A stretch of 23,631 bases of DNA from Candidatus Latescibacterota bacterium (lineage in GTDB: Bacteria; Latescibacterota; UBA2968; GCA-2709665), in assembly GCA_963662665.2 (NCBI GenBank), contig CAXXJS010000003.1:1-23631 (forward strand), read 5' to 3'. Shown piece by piece: positions 1-9,494 of this stretch. The notes beneath the pieces were generated by a model. The model saw nothing but the letters and a program-made list of their open reading frames with translations. It was not told the origin of the DNA and searched no databases. The position numbers and the translations under genes were made by a program. The stretch's first letter is position 1; each line of letters begins with the position of its first letter.

Positions 1-1
1 C

Positions 2-868
2 CGCGGGCACGTCCGCGTCCAGGGTGAGGGCGCGGCACGTCACCCGGTCGGACAACCCTTCCAGGTGCAGACGATAGCGCTTTTCATCGGCGGTTTCAGC
101 GAGGGCAGTGACTGTCGTATGGCGTCGGGTGAGATGGTAGAAGATGGCTTCCTCGGGCACGGCGCACCACACGTCTTCCCCACCTTCCTCGACGACGGCA
201 TCAAATCGGCGACGAAGCTGGTCGGCGGTGCAGTCCTTGTTACGATGGACCACCTCATCGAGCGGGCAGTGGCAATAGTCGATAATCCATCCGCTGTCCG
301 CCTGTGCATGGCGTATGTTCCGGTACGGATCGAATTCGCTGTAGAACGGTTCGTAAAACTGGTCGTGCAGCGCCGTGCGGTTCAGCCAGAAGAGTTCGTT
401 TCCGGGACGGTTGAGCGCGTCCGTCAGGCTCATCGCGCCCAGGTAACCGTACTCGCGGCAGGCATTCAGGACGTGGTCAGCCATATTCGTATTGTTCCCC
501 GGCGAGCAGTAAAGGTCCACCGGACCGTCAATAGCCTCTTCCAGCACCTCCTTCGCTTCCCGCAACTCCTTATCCACCATATCCGGCTGTATCACCTCGT
601 GGCTCCATGAGTGGTTACCCACGCCCCAACCGCGGTCGACCATCTCCTTCATTTCCTCACCGGTCATATGCCGGAAACCGTTATAGCTGGAAGCGCCGAG
701 TTGCCGGATTTCACCAATGTGGCCCGCAACCGCCTCCATGTGTCCCGGGATACCGAATGCTTCATGGATCGGCACGGCGCGTTCGTGCAGTTCGATCAGC
801 GCTTCGTCGTACGTAATGGAGTAGACCCATTTCTTTCCGTGTTTCCAGTCACATTTTCTGAGAGCCAT
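2..868 (-). CDS. Polysaccharide deacetylase (NodB/CE4) family protein, 3' end runs off the window
   Basis: Manually translated, not in the ORF track: MALRKCDWKHGKKWVYSITYDEALIELH...GWGVGNHSWSHE...ELREAKEVLEE. TYDE resembles CE4 motif 1 (TFDD) and HSWSH is the metal-binding HxxxH. ATG at 868 follows AAAGGGA. Confidence 0.8.
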   Translation of the reverse strand, partial: MALRKCDWKHGKKWVYSITYDEALIELHERAVPIHEAFGIPGHMEAVAGHIGEIRQLGASSYNGFRHMTGEEMKEMVDRGWGVGNHSWSHEVIQPDMVDKELREAKEVLEEAIDGPVDLYCSPGNNTNMADHVLNACREYGYLGAMSLTDALNRPGNELFWLNRTALHDQFYEPFYSEFDPYRNIRHAQADSGWIIDYCHCPLDEVVHRNKDCTADQLRRRFDAVVEEGGEDVWCAVPEEAIFYHLTRRHTTVTALAETADEKRYRLHLEGLSDRVTCRALTLDADVPA

Positions 869-987
869 TGAATTTCCCTTTCTCGGGCTTTTATCTGACG
901 ACATGCGCGCCCCTGATCCGTTCACGCTGCGATACAGGGATTCTTCATCGCTTTCTCCATCCTGCAACCACGCCGACGTCGAGCCTA

Positions 988-1761
988 TCAATTGCGTTCC
1001 GGTTTCACGGCCTTCATGAACGCCTCGAACGTGGTGCTGTACCCAATTTTCCACTCGAAAATATGGATCCCGTAGCGCGTGGCAAGGCGTTCGTCGAAGG
1101 TATCGGGACGTTCCACGCCAACCGTACCGTTTCGCATCAGAATACAGCGGTACCCGCGGGAAAGCATCGCCTGTCCGCCGCCTTCCGAGCCCAGAACGCA
1201 CATATCGGCGGCGAATCCGGTGTAGATCAGGGTATCGATGTCATTGGCTTGCAGATATGCGTGCAGGGTGTCTGTGTAGAAAACCATGGGCTCATCACCG
1301 ACGGGAGACACGATTTCGGACCGTCGCATCTTCGCGAGCGGGGAGTGCTTCATATAGTCGGGGCCGTGGGCGCGGTCCAGCATTTCCTTCTGTCGGCCGG
1401 TGGGCTTCCAGACGTTCGTCTTGTCCCGCCTGGACGGAATGTGCGGGTATTGTTCGTCCATCCAGTCGGCTTCAACGTGTACCACGGGAAGACCGATCGC
1501 CCGTGACGCGTCCATGGCCGGGCGCATCACCTCGCACATAATGCGGTACCCCTCGGCTGTGGCCTCCGGCCAGCCCAGGTCCACGCAATATTCCATGTTC
1601 AGGGGTGGGCCATCGGGGCAGCCGATATTCCAGCAATGCATGCCGATTAAAACCGTTCGCCGGATGGGTAACTCGAACGTGACCGACTCGTAACCGGGGT
1701 TGTCAATCGGCAGAGCACGGTAATAGCGCGCGTCCAGTTGGATGGTTGCGGAGTCGGACAT
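988..1761 (-). CDS. Isochorismatase-like cysteine hydrolase
   Basis: IDTLIYTGFAADMCVLG catalytic-Cys motif, followed by GYRCILMRNGT. Start trimmed to ATG 1761 (MSDSATIQL) so it does not overlap the upstream gene. Confidence 0.75.
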   Translation of the reverse strand: MSDSATIQLDARYYRALPIDNPGYESVTFELPIRRTVLIGMHCWNIGCPDGPPLNMEYCVDLGWPEATAEGYRIMCEVMRPAMDASRAIGLPVVHVEADWMDEQYPHIPSRRDKTNVWKPTGRQKEMLDRAHGPDYMKHSPLAKMRRSEIVSPVGDEPMVFYTDTLHAYLQANDIDTLIYTGFAADMCVLGSEGGGQAMLSRGYRCILMRNGTVGVERPDTFDERLATRYGIHIFEWKIGYSTTFEAFMKAVKPERN

Positions 1762-1817
1762 TGCAAGTGCCTCACGGAAACGAGGACCAGGGAGGAGGAT
1801 CGAACGGGATGCGCCGC

Positions 1818-3689
1818 TCAACGCATCGGTCCGCGGCCCTCGATAATGATGTCTACGGGGTGGGAGAGCAGGACCAGGTCTTCGATATCAAACTGCTCGA
1901 GCAGGCCGAAACAGAACGGGACGGGCTCCTGCGTGTAGTCCACGCTCCAGTCGATAAGCCGGCGCAGCGTATCGGGAAGGTTGGCGCTCAGTGCGTCGAT
2001 GCCACGGGGCCGCAAAGCCGCCGCGCAGAGCGCAATCATGCCGGTGGAGAGGCCCTGAGCGGTAATATTCAGGGAATTCTTGCCGGTTGTCGACACTATC
2101 CAGCGCCTGAGGGCCTGCAACTGAGCGGTACAGATGCCCAGGGGGCGGTCGCCGGCCGCGGAGATGCACTCCATAAACAGGTAATGGTAGGCGCCGTCCG
2201 CGATAACCTGTTCGCCGAAAGCCAGCAGGTCGGCTACGAATACGCGTCTGTTCGCATCAAGCGCTCTTTCAACAGCCCAGGCAGCGCCGGCCCGGCCGCT
2301 TTCCGGGAGAATGAGAAGAACGCCGTTCGAACCCTGCGGGCGGAATTCCGTGACTGGCACGTTCCAGCGGTCCATCTCCAGGAGATGGTGCGAGATCTGG
2401 ACTCCGGCAAGCGTTCGGGCCTTGCGCACGGATCGCGCGGCGACGGCGTACGCAGACGGAAGCCGTAACACGCCGGCGAGGCGTCGTCGATCCTGTTGCC
2501 TTGTATCCGTGGTCGATCGTTTCACGGGCAGGCGCCCGGCGAGGTCGCCGGCGATCGTGAGGAAGGTGGGGTTGTCCGGCGGCATCCCCACGTTGAGTTC
2601 CCATTCCGAGCGTATTTCGTCGTCGCACGGGATATCCTCGGTGGAGACGTCGAGGTCCCAGACGGACTTGAGGAATTGGTAAAGTTGCTCGCGGATGTCT
2701 CTTTCGTAGTTGTGGGTGCCCGGGTCCCTGTTGGCGTAAAAGCCGATGCGGTCGTGTACGCCGAGTTTCTCATAGACCTTTCGAGCGGGGGTAAACAGGG
2801 CCGGCCGCATGAATTCCGGGCGGAAGATGCCGTCGTTGACGCTGTGCACAAGCAGCGCCGGGCGGGGCGCAAACATGGCGGTGAGGGTGTCGTAGTCGGC
2901 CACGGTGCAGAGATCCACCGGCGTCTGCTCCAGGTCGCCGTGGTCCTGCCACCGTCTGGTCGCCCGGTGCCAGATCGGGGAATGCCCGGAAACCGGCACC
3001 GAAACGCCGATTCGTTCGTCCATTGCGGTGAGCACGGCGGTCTGCCACCCGCCGCCCGAAAGACCGGTCATAGCCACCCGGTCAGGGTCGGCGTGTTCGT
3101 GGGCCAGCAGGAGGTCCAGGCCCCGTTTCATGGCCAGGTACATGGCGCTGACGCCGGCTACGCCGCACAGGTCAACGTGGGCCTGGTGCATGTGGTTTAG
3201 CGAGCCCTGAAGTTCGCCCATGCCGATGAATTCGAAGTTCAGGGCGAGCATGCCGCGTTTAGCCAGATTGATGCATCTCGCCTGCTTGTAGTCCATGGCC
3301 TTGCCGCCGCGATGGTGGCCATTGGGATTGAGCACGACCGGAACCCTGCCTTTGAGACTCTCGGGCTCGTAGAGCAGCGCGGGTATCCGCATTCCAGGAT
3401 ACCCTTCGTAGTGCAGCTTCCGGATGCGATAGCCGTTTCCCTCAAGGACCCCCTTCCAGCGGACGTCCGGCGGGCGATCGTTGACGTCCGGGTCCAGGCC
3501 GGTCAGGTAGACTTTCTTGAGGAGTTCCCGGCGGATCCTGGCGGTTCGCTTTTTCCACTCCGTCGTGGATTCAGGCGTTTCGAGACGCGGCAGTTTATCC
3601 GTAAAGTATTCCATCATGATACGGGTATGCCGCTTGCGCAGGAGTTTTCGCGAAAGCGCGTGCGCGATCTGGCTCGACGTGAGAGACAT
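1818..3689 (-). CDS. Alpha/beta-hydrolase, acetylxylan-esterase/dienelactone-hydrolase-like, with a degenerate second alpha/beta domain
   Basis: IPALLYEP, PVVLNPNGH, nucleophile elbow VAMTGLSGGG, FAPRPALLVHSVNDGIF (Asp) and GTHNY (His). Confidence 0.8.
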   Translation of the reverse strand: MSLTSSQIAHALSRKLLRKRHTRIMMEYFTDKLPRLETPESTTEWKKRTARIRRELLKKVYLTGLDPDVNDRPPDVRWKGVLEGNGYRIRKLHYEGYPGMRIPALLYEPESLKGRVPVVLNPNGHHRGGKAMDYKQARCINLAKRGMLALNFEFIGMGELQGSLNHMHQAHVDLCGVAGVSAMYLAMKRGLDLLLAHEHADPDRVAMTGLSGGGWQTAVLTAMDERIGVSVPVSGHSPIWHRATRRWQDHGDLEQTPVDLCTVADYDTLTAMFAPRPALLVHSVNDGIFRPEFMRPALFTPARKVYEKLGVHDRIGFYANRDPGTHNYERDIREQLYQFLKSVWDLDVSTEDIPCDDEIRSEWELNVGMPPDNPTFLTIAGDLAGRLPVKRSTTDTRQQDRRRLAGVLRLPSAYAVAARSVRKARTLAGVQISHHLLEMDRWNVPVTEFRPQGSNGVLLILPESGRAGAAWAVERALDANRRVFVADLLAFGEQVIADGAYHYLFMECISAAGDRPLGICTAQLQALRRWIVSTTGKNSLNITAQGLSTGMIALCAAALRPRGIDALSANLPDTLRRLIDWSVDYTQEPVPFCFGLLEQFDIEDLVLLSHPVDIIIEGRGPMR

Positions 3690-3740
3690 GGAGACGGTTC
3701 CCGATAGGCCGGTTGCAAGACGTTTAGGCCTGCGTGCCTG

Positions 3741-4796
3741 TCAGTTCAGCGCATAGGTTTCGAACGGGTTCTGGCAGGGGTTGTTCTTGCTCACGTGCAT
3801 GCGGCCTGCATCGGTTTCGATGATCACGGAGAACGCCGTAGCCCAGTATCCGGTCGTGGGATCATCGTTGGGATGGCGGCAAATGGAAGTGGGGTGATCT
3901 TCATGATCGCTCAGGGCGGCTTTCATGCTCTCGATCGCAAGAGGACGTTCCATTTCGTCGAATAGCTTCTGGATACGGATTTTCCGGCCGCCCGACTGGA
4001 TGAGTTCGGGGTAGACGTCGTTGTTATGCACCAGTTCCGGGTGCTCGCAGTGGTTGGTATGGGTTACCAGCCCAACGCCGTCGTCCCGGATCACGTGTAC
4101 GTTCTCCAGGGTGACTTCCAGATCCGCCGGTCCCTGGGGCGTGGACAGGATAATGTTGGCGGGGATGGCGCGCCTCGCCCGCCGCACCGCCTGCACGGCG
4201 TCTTCCAGAGTGCCGGTTTCGTAAATGCCGCGAACCGTGAAGTAGTGGGGGACGCCTACGGCCCGGCTGGGCGCCGGAAGGGTATTCAGGCATAGTCCGA
4301 TACCCTCGCTGTTCAGGCCGATGTACGCGATGATACCGGCCTGCGTGACGTTCAGGACCGCGGGTCTTCCCTTCGGGCGGCGCGTGAGGACAATTGTAAA
4401 GGGGTTGAGTCCCGGGTCGTTATCCCAGTTCTGACCCACAATGTTGCCCCTTCCGGCCGGCGCGGTGACCGAAAAGGACGTGCATCCCGCATCGGCCTCA
4501 GCCTGAAGCTGATTTCGGACCTGTAACATCATGAGATCGTCGATCGGGACGCCGGAGGATTCGGCCATGCCTCGCATCTCGTCGAGCATGTGGGGTGCGT
4601 ATACCTCCACGCAGGGAATGCAGTCGCGGGCTACGGCCATTGCCCTTTCAACGGGGACCGTAACGCTCTTGTTCACCCGTTCAAGTGCGATATCCGTAAA
4701 ACCCCTTATTTCCTCGCGGGCGGCCTCGCCGATCTGTCGTCCCATCTCAAACGGCGAACCGGCGACTTCGATTTCCCGATAGCGGGTATCTGACAT
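3741..4796 (-). CDS. Peptidase C45 family Ntn-hydrolase (acyl-CoA:6-APA acyltransferase-like)
   Basis: GSPFEMGRQIG, autoproteolysis site G|CTS, GQNWD, GLNSEG and HTNH motifs. Confidence 0.88.
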   Translation of the reverse strand: MSDTRYREIEVAGSPFEMGRQIGEAAREEIRGFTDIALERVNKSVTVPVERAMAVARDCIPCVEVYAPHMLDEMRGMAESSGVPIDDLMMLQVRNQLQAEADAGCTSFSVTAPAGRGNIVGQNWDNDPGLNPFTIVLTRRPKGRPAVLNVTQAGIIAYIGLNSEGIGLCLNTLPAPSRAVGVPHYFTVRGIYETGTLEDAVQAVRRARRAIPANIILSTPQGPADLEVTLENVHVIRDDGVGLVTHTNHCEHPELVHNNDVYPELIQSGGRKIRIQKLFDEMERPLAIESMKAALSDHEDHPTSICRHPNDDPTTGYWATAFSVIIETDAGRMHVSKNNPCQNPFETYALN

Positions 4797-4819
4797 CCGG
4801 ACCTCCTCATCTACGACAC

Positions 4820-6061
4820 CTATGCGCGATTTCGATCGGCCACTTCCCGTACGATTTGTGCGGCGAGTTGGCAGTGTTCAGGTTCATAGCGTTCGCAAAA
4901 CGACGACCAGCGAACGAAGGATTCCAGGAAGCTTTGTGCATTGGGACAGGTATCCCCATTGTACGAGTAGTTCCTGGAAGCCGGTGGCATCGAAAAGGGA
5001 TACAGCTTCTTTTCCGCTTTTTCCTGAAGGAAAGGCAGGGCCGGCGGCATAAGGTAATAACGACCCGTACCCGCGCCGGGGATACCCCCGTCGGCGACCT
5101 GTTGCGCAAACGTGTCCGGGGTACAGGTGAACGCCTCCGGATCGACGCTGAAACCTGCCATCCAGCAAGAGTAGACGTTCAAATAATCAGGAATCGGAAG
5201 TGGGGTGATTCCCGGTATCTCTTCCAGTTTTCCGGTGAGCAGGCGGATCATCCGGTCGCGCTGTTCCACGTTCGGACGGATGATCTCAAGCTGTGCCAGG
5301 GAGACGGCGGCGGTGCATTGGGGCATACGGTGCGCGAATCCGGGCACAACGTGCTGCCGCCCGAACCCCGCGAGCATCTGACCGCCCCGGCTGTGGCCTA
5401 TGAAGCGCATGCGCTCGGCGAGGTCTTCGTCGTCTGTAACCACACAGCCGCCGATATCCGAACCCATGGTTTTTTCCGCGTCGAACGAGAAGGCGCCGGC
5501 ATTGGATAGCGAGCCGGCGAGCCGCCCCTTATATTCACCGAAGACGGCCTGACAGGTGTCCTCATAGACGATGAGACCGTGTTTGTCCGCGAGTTCGACG
5601 ATGGGATCCATATCGCAGATTGTCCCGGTCATGTGCACAACGAGGATGGCGCGCGTTCGGTCCGTGATGCACGGCGCGATGGTTTCCGCACTAATGGCGA
5701 GCGTACCCGCGTCCGTATCCGCGAAGACGGGAATATAGTTCTCTCTGATGAGACCCTGTACGGTGCCGTAGTCTGTCACCGAACTGACGATGATCTCATC
5801 CCCCGGATCGAAGTCCAGCGCGCTGGCCAGAACGGCCAGGGCGGGCGTGCAGCCGGGCGTGGCAATGCAGTGTTTCACACCCATTTCTTCGGCGAACGCG
5901 TCTTCAAAACGCCCGATCATGTTGCACGTCAGACCCGAGTCGACCACCTCCTGCAGATACGTCATCGCGTTGGGTCCGATGGTGCGCGGAAAGGGCTGGG
6001 GCAGCGTTCCGGCAAGCCCCGCGGCGGCATCCGCACCGTATCTTGCGCGTTCGACGGTCAT
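4820..6061 (-). CDS. DegT/DnrJ/EryC1/StrS family PLP-dependent aminotransferase
   Basis: FEDAFA, PGDEII, TRAILVVHMTG, EDTCQA, and FSFDAEKTMG with the PLP lysine. Confidence 0.88.
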   Translation of the reverse strand: MTVERARYGADAAAGLAGTLPQPFPRTIGPNAMTYLQEVVDSGLTCNMIGRFEDAFAEEMGVKHCIATPGCTPALAVLASALDFDPGDEIIVSSVTDYGTVQGLIRENYIPVFADTDAGTLAISAETIAPCITDRTRAILVVHMTGTICDMDPIVELADKHGLIVYEDTCQAVFGEYKGRLAGSLSNAGAFSFDAEKTMGSDIGGCVVTDDEDLAERMRFIGHSRGGQMLAGFGRQHVVPGFAHRMPQCTAAVSLAQLEIIRPNVEQRDRMIRLLTGKLEEIPGITPLPIPDYLNVYSCWMAGFSVDPEAFTCTPDTFAQQVADGGIPGAGTGRYYLMPPALPFLQEKAEKKLYPFSMPPASRNYSYNGDTCPNAQSFLESFVRWSSFCERYEPEHCQLAAQIVREVADRNRA

Positions 6062-6085
6062 CGCTAATCCTTTCTGGCTTGAAGA

Positions 6086-6838
6086 CTATTTCTTATCCTG
6101 TGCGGCGTACATTTCCTTCGAAAAGACGTGGGGCTGTATCTCGCTGTTCGCGGCGTCAATCATACCCTGGAGGTATTCCACGGTTTTCTGAACCGCGGCA
6201 TCAACCAGAATCCGGCCCAATTCTTCAGTGGCTTTCAAGGGCTCCTGGTTCTCCTGGTCCGACATGGCATCCTGCCGGATGTTCTCAGGACAGATAACCA
6301 TGGCCATGGCGGTTTCGTACTCGCCCGCGTGTCCGGGCACCCTGCTCGTGCAGTGCTGCTCGGCGATTTCACGACTCAGGTTCCAGTACGAGTGGAACTG
6401 CACATTGGCTTCCGGCGCCGTCATCTGAAAGTAGAGTTGCCACTGCCGGAGGATGCCCATCATCGGGGCTTCATTTCCACCGTGTCCATTGAGAATCAAC
6501 ACGTTGTTGACGCCGTGGCGCACCAGGCTCTCCACGGCGTCGAAGAGTACCGAGAGCCAGCTTCCGGGTTTTGCGGTGACGGTTCCCTTATGGATCATGT
6601 GGTGTTCGGAGATACCGACCGCCATGGGCACGTTCACGGCAACATTGGGGTAGAGCCTTCCGGCGGCTTCGGTGGCCACGTGGGTCGCTGCGCGGATATC
6701 GTACTCCATGGCCAGGTGCTCGAGGTGCTGTTCATTGCTCCCCGTTGGAATGATCGCCGTTCCGAATCGGCCGGCTTCCAGGGCTTCCCGGAATTCCCTG
6801 CGTGTGAATTTGGCAACAGCGACTTCCTGGTTGGGCAT
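6086..6838 (-). CDS. Creatininase / creatinine amidohydrolase family protein
   Basis: PTGSNEQH, GISEHH, NGHGGN and GHAGEYET metal-binding motifs. ATG 6838 (MPNQEV) follows an AAGGAG RBS. Confidence 0.88.
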   Translation of the reverse strand: MPNQEVAVAKFTRREFREALEAGRFGTAIIPTGSNEQHLEHLAMEYDIRAATHVATEAAGRLYPNVAVNVPMAVGISEHHMIHKGTVTAKPGSWLSVLFDAVESLVRHGVNNVLILNGHGGNEAPMMGILRQWQLYFQMTAPEANVQFHSYWNLSREIAEQHCTSRVPGHAGEYETAMAMVICPENIRQDAMSDQENQEPLKATEELGRILVDAAVQKTVEYLQGMIDAANSEIQPHVFSKEMYAAQDKK

Positions 6839-6980
6839 AACAAATCTCCTTTTAGGACCTGGTCTGTTTTTCACTCTTCGGTGTACCGCCGCGTGCGCAA
6901 CGCAATAAAACGTCTATGGAAAACGGTTCCGCGTAGAAACGAGATGGGGCGTATGCGCCATGCGGAAAGTGAAACCGGGT

Positions 6981-8276
6981 TCAAACCCGTGTCTTGAGCC
7001 GGGCAAAATGGATGGTGTCGTCCAGTACAATGAGACCGAGATAGGTTGTGACATCTGTGCGGGATGGATCCAGACTCGAGATAACTCCCCGGAACCAGGC
7101 GCGCCGTTTCTCGTTCCAGGGCTCGATCGTACCGATATCGCGGTTGAAATCGCTGATCTCGGAACTGGATTTGCCGTGGTTCTTTTCGAGCCACGCGAGT
7201 ATCTCTTCATCGGTACGGCCCGCCTTGATGAGACCGGTAAGGTCGCCGATGGAAAACCCGAAAAACTCCGCGATCTTCTTGTCCAGTCCGGAATTCTCCG
7301 CGTACTTATATTGGCCCAGCAAATCGTGGATCGCCGCCCTGCCCTTGTCGATCATCCGAGCCAGGCCGAAGAGACCGCCCGCGGACGCGTCGTAAGGGCT
7401 TCTCGGCGGGTGGCGAGTCAGGTCCACAACGCCGAACGATTTCTCGTCATCCACGTCGAGCAGGTCGAACCACGTGGTGATGTCGGTGCGGTTTGGCGCG
7501 GCGTTCGCGAGCGCAGCCTTGAAGATCGCGCACTCCTTGATGTCCTCCGGACCCTTATTGGAGATTCGATGGTTGAATTCGGAAACTTCACCGGAATGTA
7601 CGCTGGTGTGATCCCGAACCCAGTCGCCGAGTTCCAGGTCGTTCGGATTCATGTACGCGGCTTCCTTGAAGTCCTCAGCCGAAAAACCGAGAAAGTCGGT
7701 GATCGCCTGGTCGATCGGGCAATTGTAGACATACTCGCCCAGCAGGCCTGCCTTATCTGCGCGGGCCTTGTCCGCCATGCGGGCGAGTCCGAAGGTCCCC
7801 GCGACGTCTCTGCGGTAGGGTGACCGGGGAGCTCTTTGCGAGAGGTCCACGTCTCTGAAGCCGGCCCAGTCGTCCAGTTCGATAGATTGGAATACCGTGA
7901 CGATGTCGGTTCGACCGGGCGCGTATTTCTCGATGCGGTCCTTAAGACGCTGTTTACCGGCTTCATCGTCCGGCTCGCGCTGGAGATGATGCCGATTGAA
8001 GGTGTCGATCTCAGCGTCCGTCCGGTCGGAAACCTCCCGTATCCAGCGCCCCAGGTCCTCGTCACCGTAGCGTCCGGCGGCGTCGGCAAAACCGTCGTGT
8101 GAAACGCCCAGGAATTCCAGCAGAATCTTGTCCAGACCCGAGTCGTCGCCGTACAGAAATTCACCGAGCGTCCGCAGGTTGTAGGCGCGGGCCTTGTCCG
8201 TCATACGGGCGAGGTTGACGATTCCGGCAATTGAGACGTTTGACGGGCGGCGTGGAGGCTGGCGTCTCAGATCCAC
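6981..8276 (-). CDS. Protein of three tandem DUF5069-like domains
   Basis: Three ~142-aa repeats with DL...PR.P...G...LARM.DK.RA....LG(E/Q)(F/Y).Y and a C-terminal RTD(I/V).T......DD. GTG start after an AAAGGA RBS. Confidence 0.8.
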   Translation of the reverse strand: MDLRRQPPRRPSNVSIAGIVNLARMTDKARAYNLRTLGEFLYGDDSGLDKILLEFLGVSHDGFADAAGRYGDEDLGRWIREVSDRTDAEIDTFNRHHLQREPDDEAGKQRLKDRIEKYAPGRTDIVTVFQSIELDDWAGFRDVDLSQRAPRSPYRRDVAGTFGLARMADKARADKAGLLGEYVYNCPIDQAITDFLGFSAEDFKEAAYMNPNDLELGDWVRDHTSVHSGEVSEFNHRISNKGPEDIKECAIFKAALANAAPNRTDITTWFDLLDVDDEKSFGVVDLTRHPPRSPYDASAGGLFGLARMIDKGRAAIHDLLGQYKYAENSGLDKKIAEFFGFSIGDLTGLIKAGRTDEEILAWLEKNHGKSSSEISDFNRDIGTIEPWNEKRRAWFRGVISSLDPSRTDVTTYLGLIVLDDTIHFARLKTRV

Positions 8277-8341
8277 AGGCGATTCCTTTCTGTGCTACAA
8301 ACGAGTTTTCCAGTTCTACCAACTTGTGAGAATTATGGGAT

Positions 8342-8581
8342 CTATCTCATATGTCGTTCACTATGACCCACACGTTCGCAACCATTCTCAATCGCACGAG
8401 CGATCTCGCTCAGGTCGTCCCTGTCGATTTTTCCTGCAAACCTTAGCAGGTGTTTCCCCGGCAGGCCCGTCAGTTGGTCATTCGCCAATGAACGTGCGAA
8501 TGCCAGCACGCGTTCCTGTTTCGGCGTATCCAGCTTATGTGCCTCTTCAAGGATTTCCTCTAATATAGATGTATCTGCCAT
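8342..8581 (-). CDS. Small antitoxin-like protein (DUF2281-like N-terminus)
   Basis: EEILEEAHKL...QERVLAFARSL...GKHLLRFAGKI...IARAIENGCE resembles small proteins usually found just upstream of PIN toxins. It lies downstream of a TA pair. Confidence 0.55.
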   Translation of the reverse strand: MADTSILEEILEEAHKLDTPKQERVLAFARSLANDQLTGLPGKHLLRFAGKIDRDDLSEIARAIENGCERVGHSERHMR

Positions 8582-8679
8582 GGGTTCACTCCAACTTCAA
8601 GATGCCGAGATTCAACGTACGTTGACGGCGCAACTTGGGTTTGCAATGGAGGCAGGCGAAGAATATCCCTTGAATGGAT

Positions 8680-9042
8680 TTACCTGGTGCGAATCCGTAC
8701 TCGCCCTGACTCTACAATCGCTAACTTCCCACGAAGTAAAGGAAAGTTCTGCAATTGTACAAGGAACGAAGATAAAAGGCGCTCGATGAATGACGACGTC
8801 GCGTGCCGAGGCAAACGCATGATGACGATGCCATGATACTTCGACGGTAGATAGCGGCGAACGTCGGCAAACCCAAGGTCGCCACTCAACAAGCAGAGTC
8901 TCTCATCGCGTGCGTATTGGACGATCTCCTCATCGCTCGCGCTCATCATGCCAATATCACGCACATCCACGGCTTCGTGGCCGTACTGGGCAATCACTTG
9001 AGAAACAGATCGCGGAAGATCCGCATCAACAATAAATCGCAC
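8680..9042 (-). CDS. DUF5615 PIN-like toxin (VapC45-like)
   Basis: MRFIVDADLP...GHEAVDVRD...SDEEI...ARDERLCLLSGDLGF...HGIVIMR. Starts 5 bp after the DUF433 gene. Confidence 0.82.
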   Translation of the reverse strand: MRFIVDADLPRSVSQVIAQYGHEAVDVRDIGMMSASDEEIVQYARDERLCLLSGDLGFADVRRYLPSKYHGIVIMRLPRHATSSFIERLLSSFLVQLQNFPLLRGKLAIVESGRVRIRTR

Positions 9043-9047
9043 GTCGA

Positions 9048-9272
9048 TCAGGACCGTGGTAGAGAATGTGTCTCTTCGTGCTCGATCAACTCCTCGGCAT
9101 ATGCAAGCGCCGCTCTCAGGTCTTCGTCTGTGATAGCATATTCCTCACAGACCTCGTCCGGATCAGACCCGCCCGCGAGACTCCCGATTATCCTATGCAC
9201 AGGTACTCTCGTTCCCCTGATCACCGGTTTTCCATGACGAATTGACGGATCAATAACAATGCGATCGTTCAT
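9048..9272 (-). CDS. DUF433 antitoxin (VapB45-like)
   Basis: RIVIDPSIRHGKPVIRGTRVPV...EEYAITDEDLRAALAYA is a typical DUF433 sequence. ATG 9272 follows GGAGGAGG. Confidence 0.9.
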   Translation of the reverse strand: MNDRIVIDPSIRHGKPVIRGTRVPVHRIIGSLAGGSDPDEVCEEYAITDEDLRAALAYAEELIEHEETHSLPRS

Positions 9273-9465
9273 TTTACGGCCTCCTCCAACTCCCGGATAC
9301 ATCCGACAATCGCGCCGGCACCCGTAATTATCGTCGATTGGTATCGCTGCCCGTGAGGAACGACCAAACGGAACGGATGGGCTCACAGGCTTAGTATCCC
9401 GGCTCGGTTCTCATTTCCTTAGGTTAAACTTCAGCCGACTGCGGGGCCGGACCACGCACGGGTCA

Positions 9466-9494
9466 ATAGTACGCAAACCCCCATGCAGTGTCAA
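9466..9494 (-). promoter_or_regulatory. Sigma70-type promoter upstream of the DUF433/DUF5615 pair
   Basis: TTGACA (9494-9489), 17-bp spacer, TACTAT (9471-9466). Confidence 0.6.

Noticed and set aside
40-871. ORF-track entries at 40-309, 65-610, 607-816 and 611-871
   Set aside because: Shadow or alternate frames of the - strand CE4 deacetylase, which the track missed because it has no stop inside the window.
3741-4796. Beta-lactam biosynthesis suggested by the C45 acyltransferase-like gene
   Set aside because: No ACV synthetase or IPNS genes are present, and C45 proteins are widespread hydrolases.
6128-7823. Long + strand ORFs (289 aa and 287 aa)
   Set aside because: Antisense to the creatininase and DUF5069-like genes with no motifs. 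Stop-poor antisense frames are expected at high GC.
9273-9386. Extension of the DUF433 ORF, or a HicA-like remnant (AHPFRLVVPH...) in another frame
   Set aside because: There is a strong RBS at the internal ATG 9272. The alternative frame has no convincing start and too little similarity.
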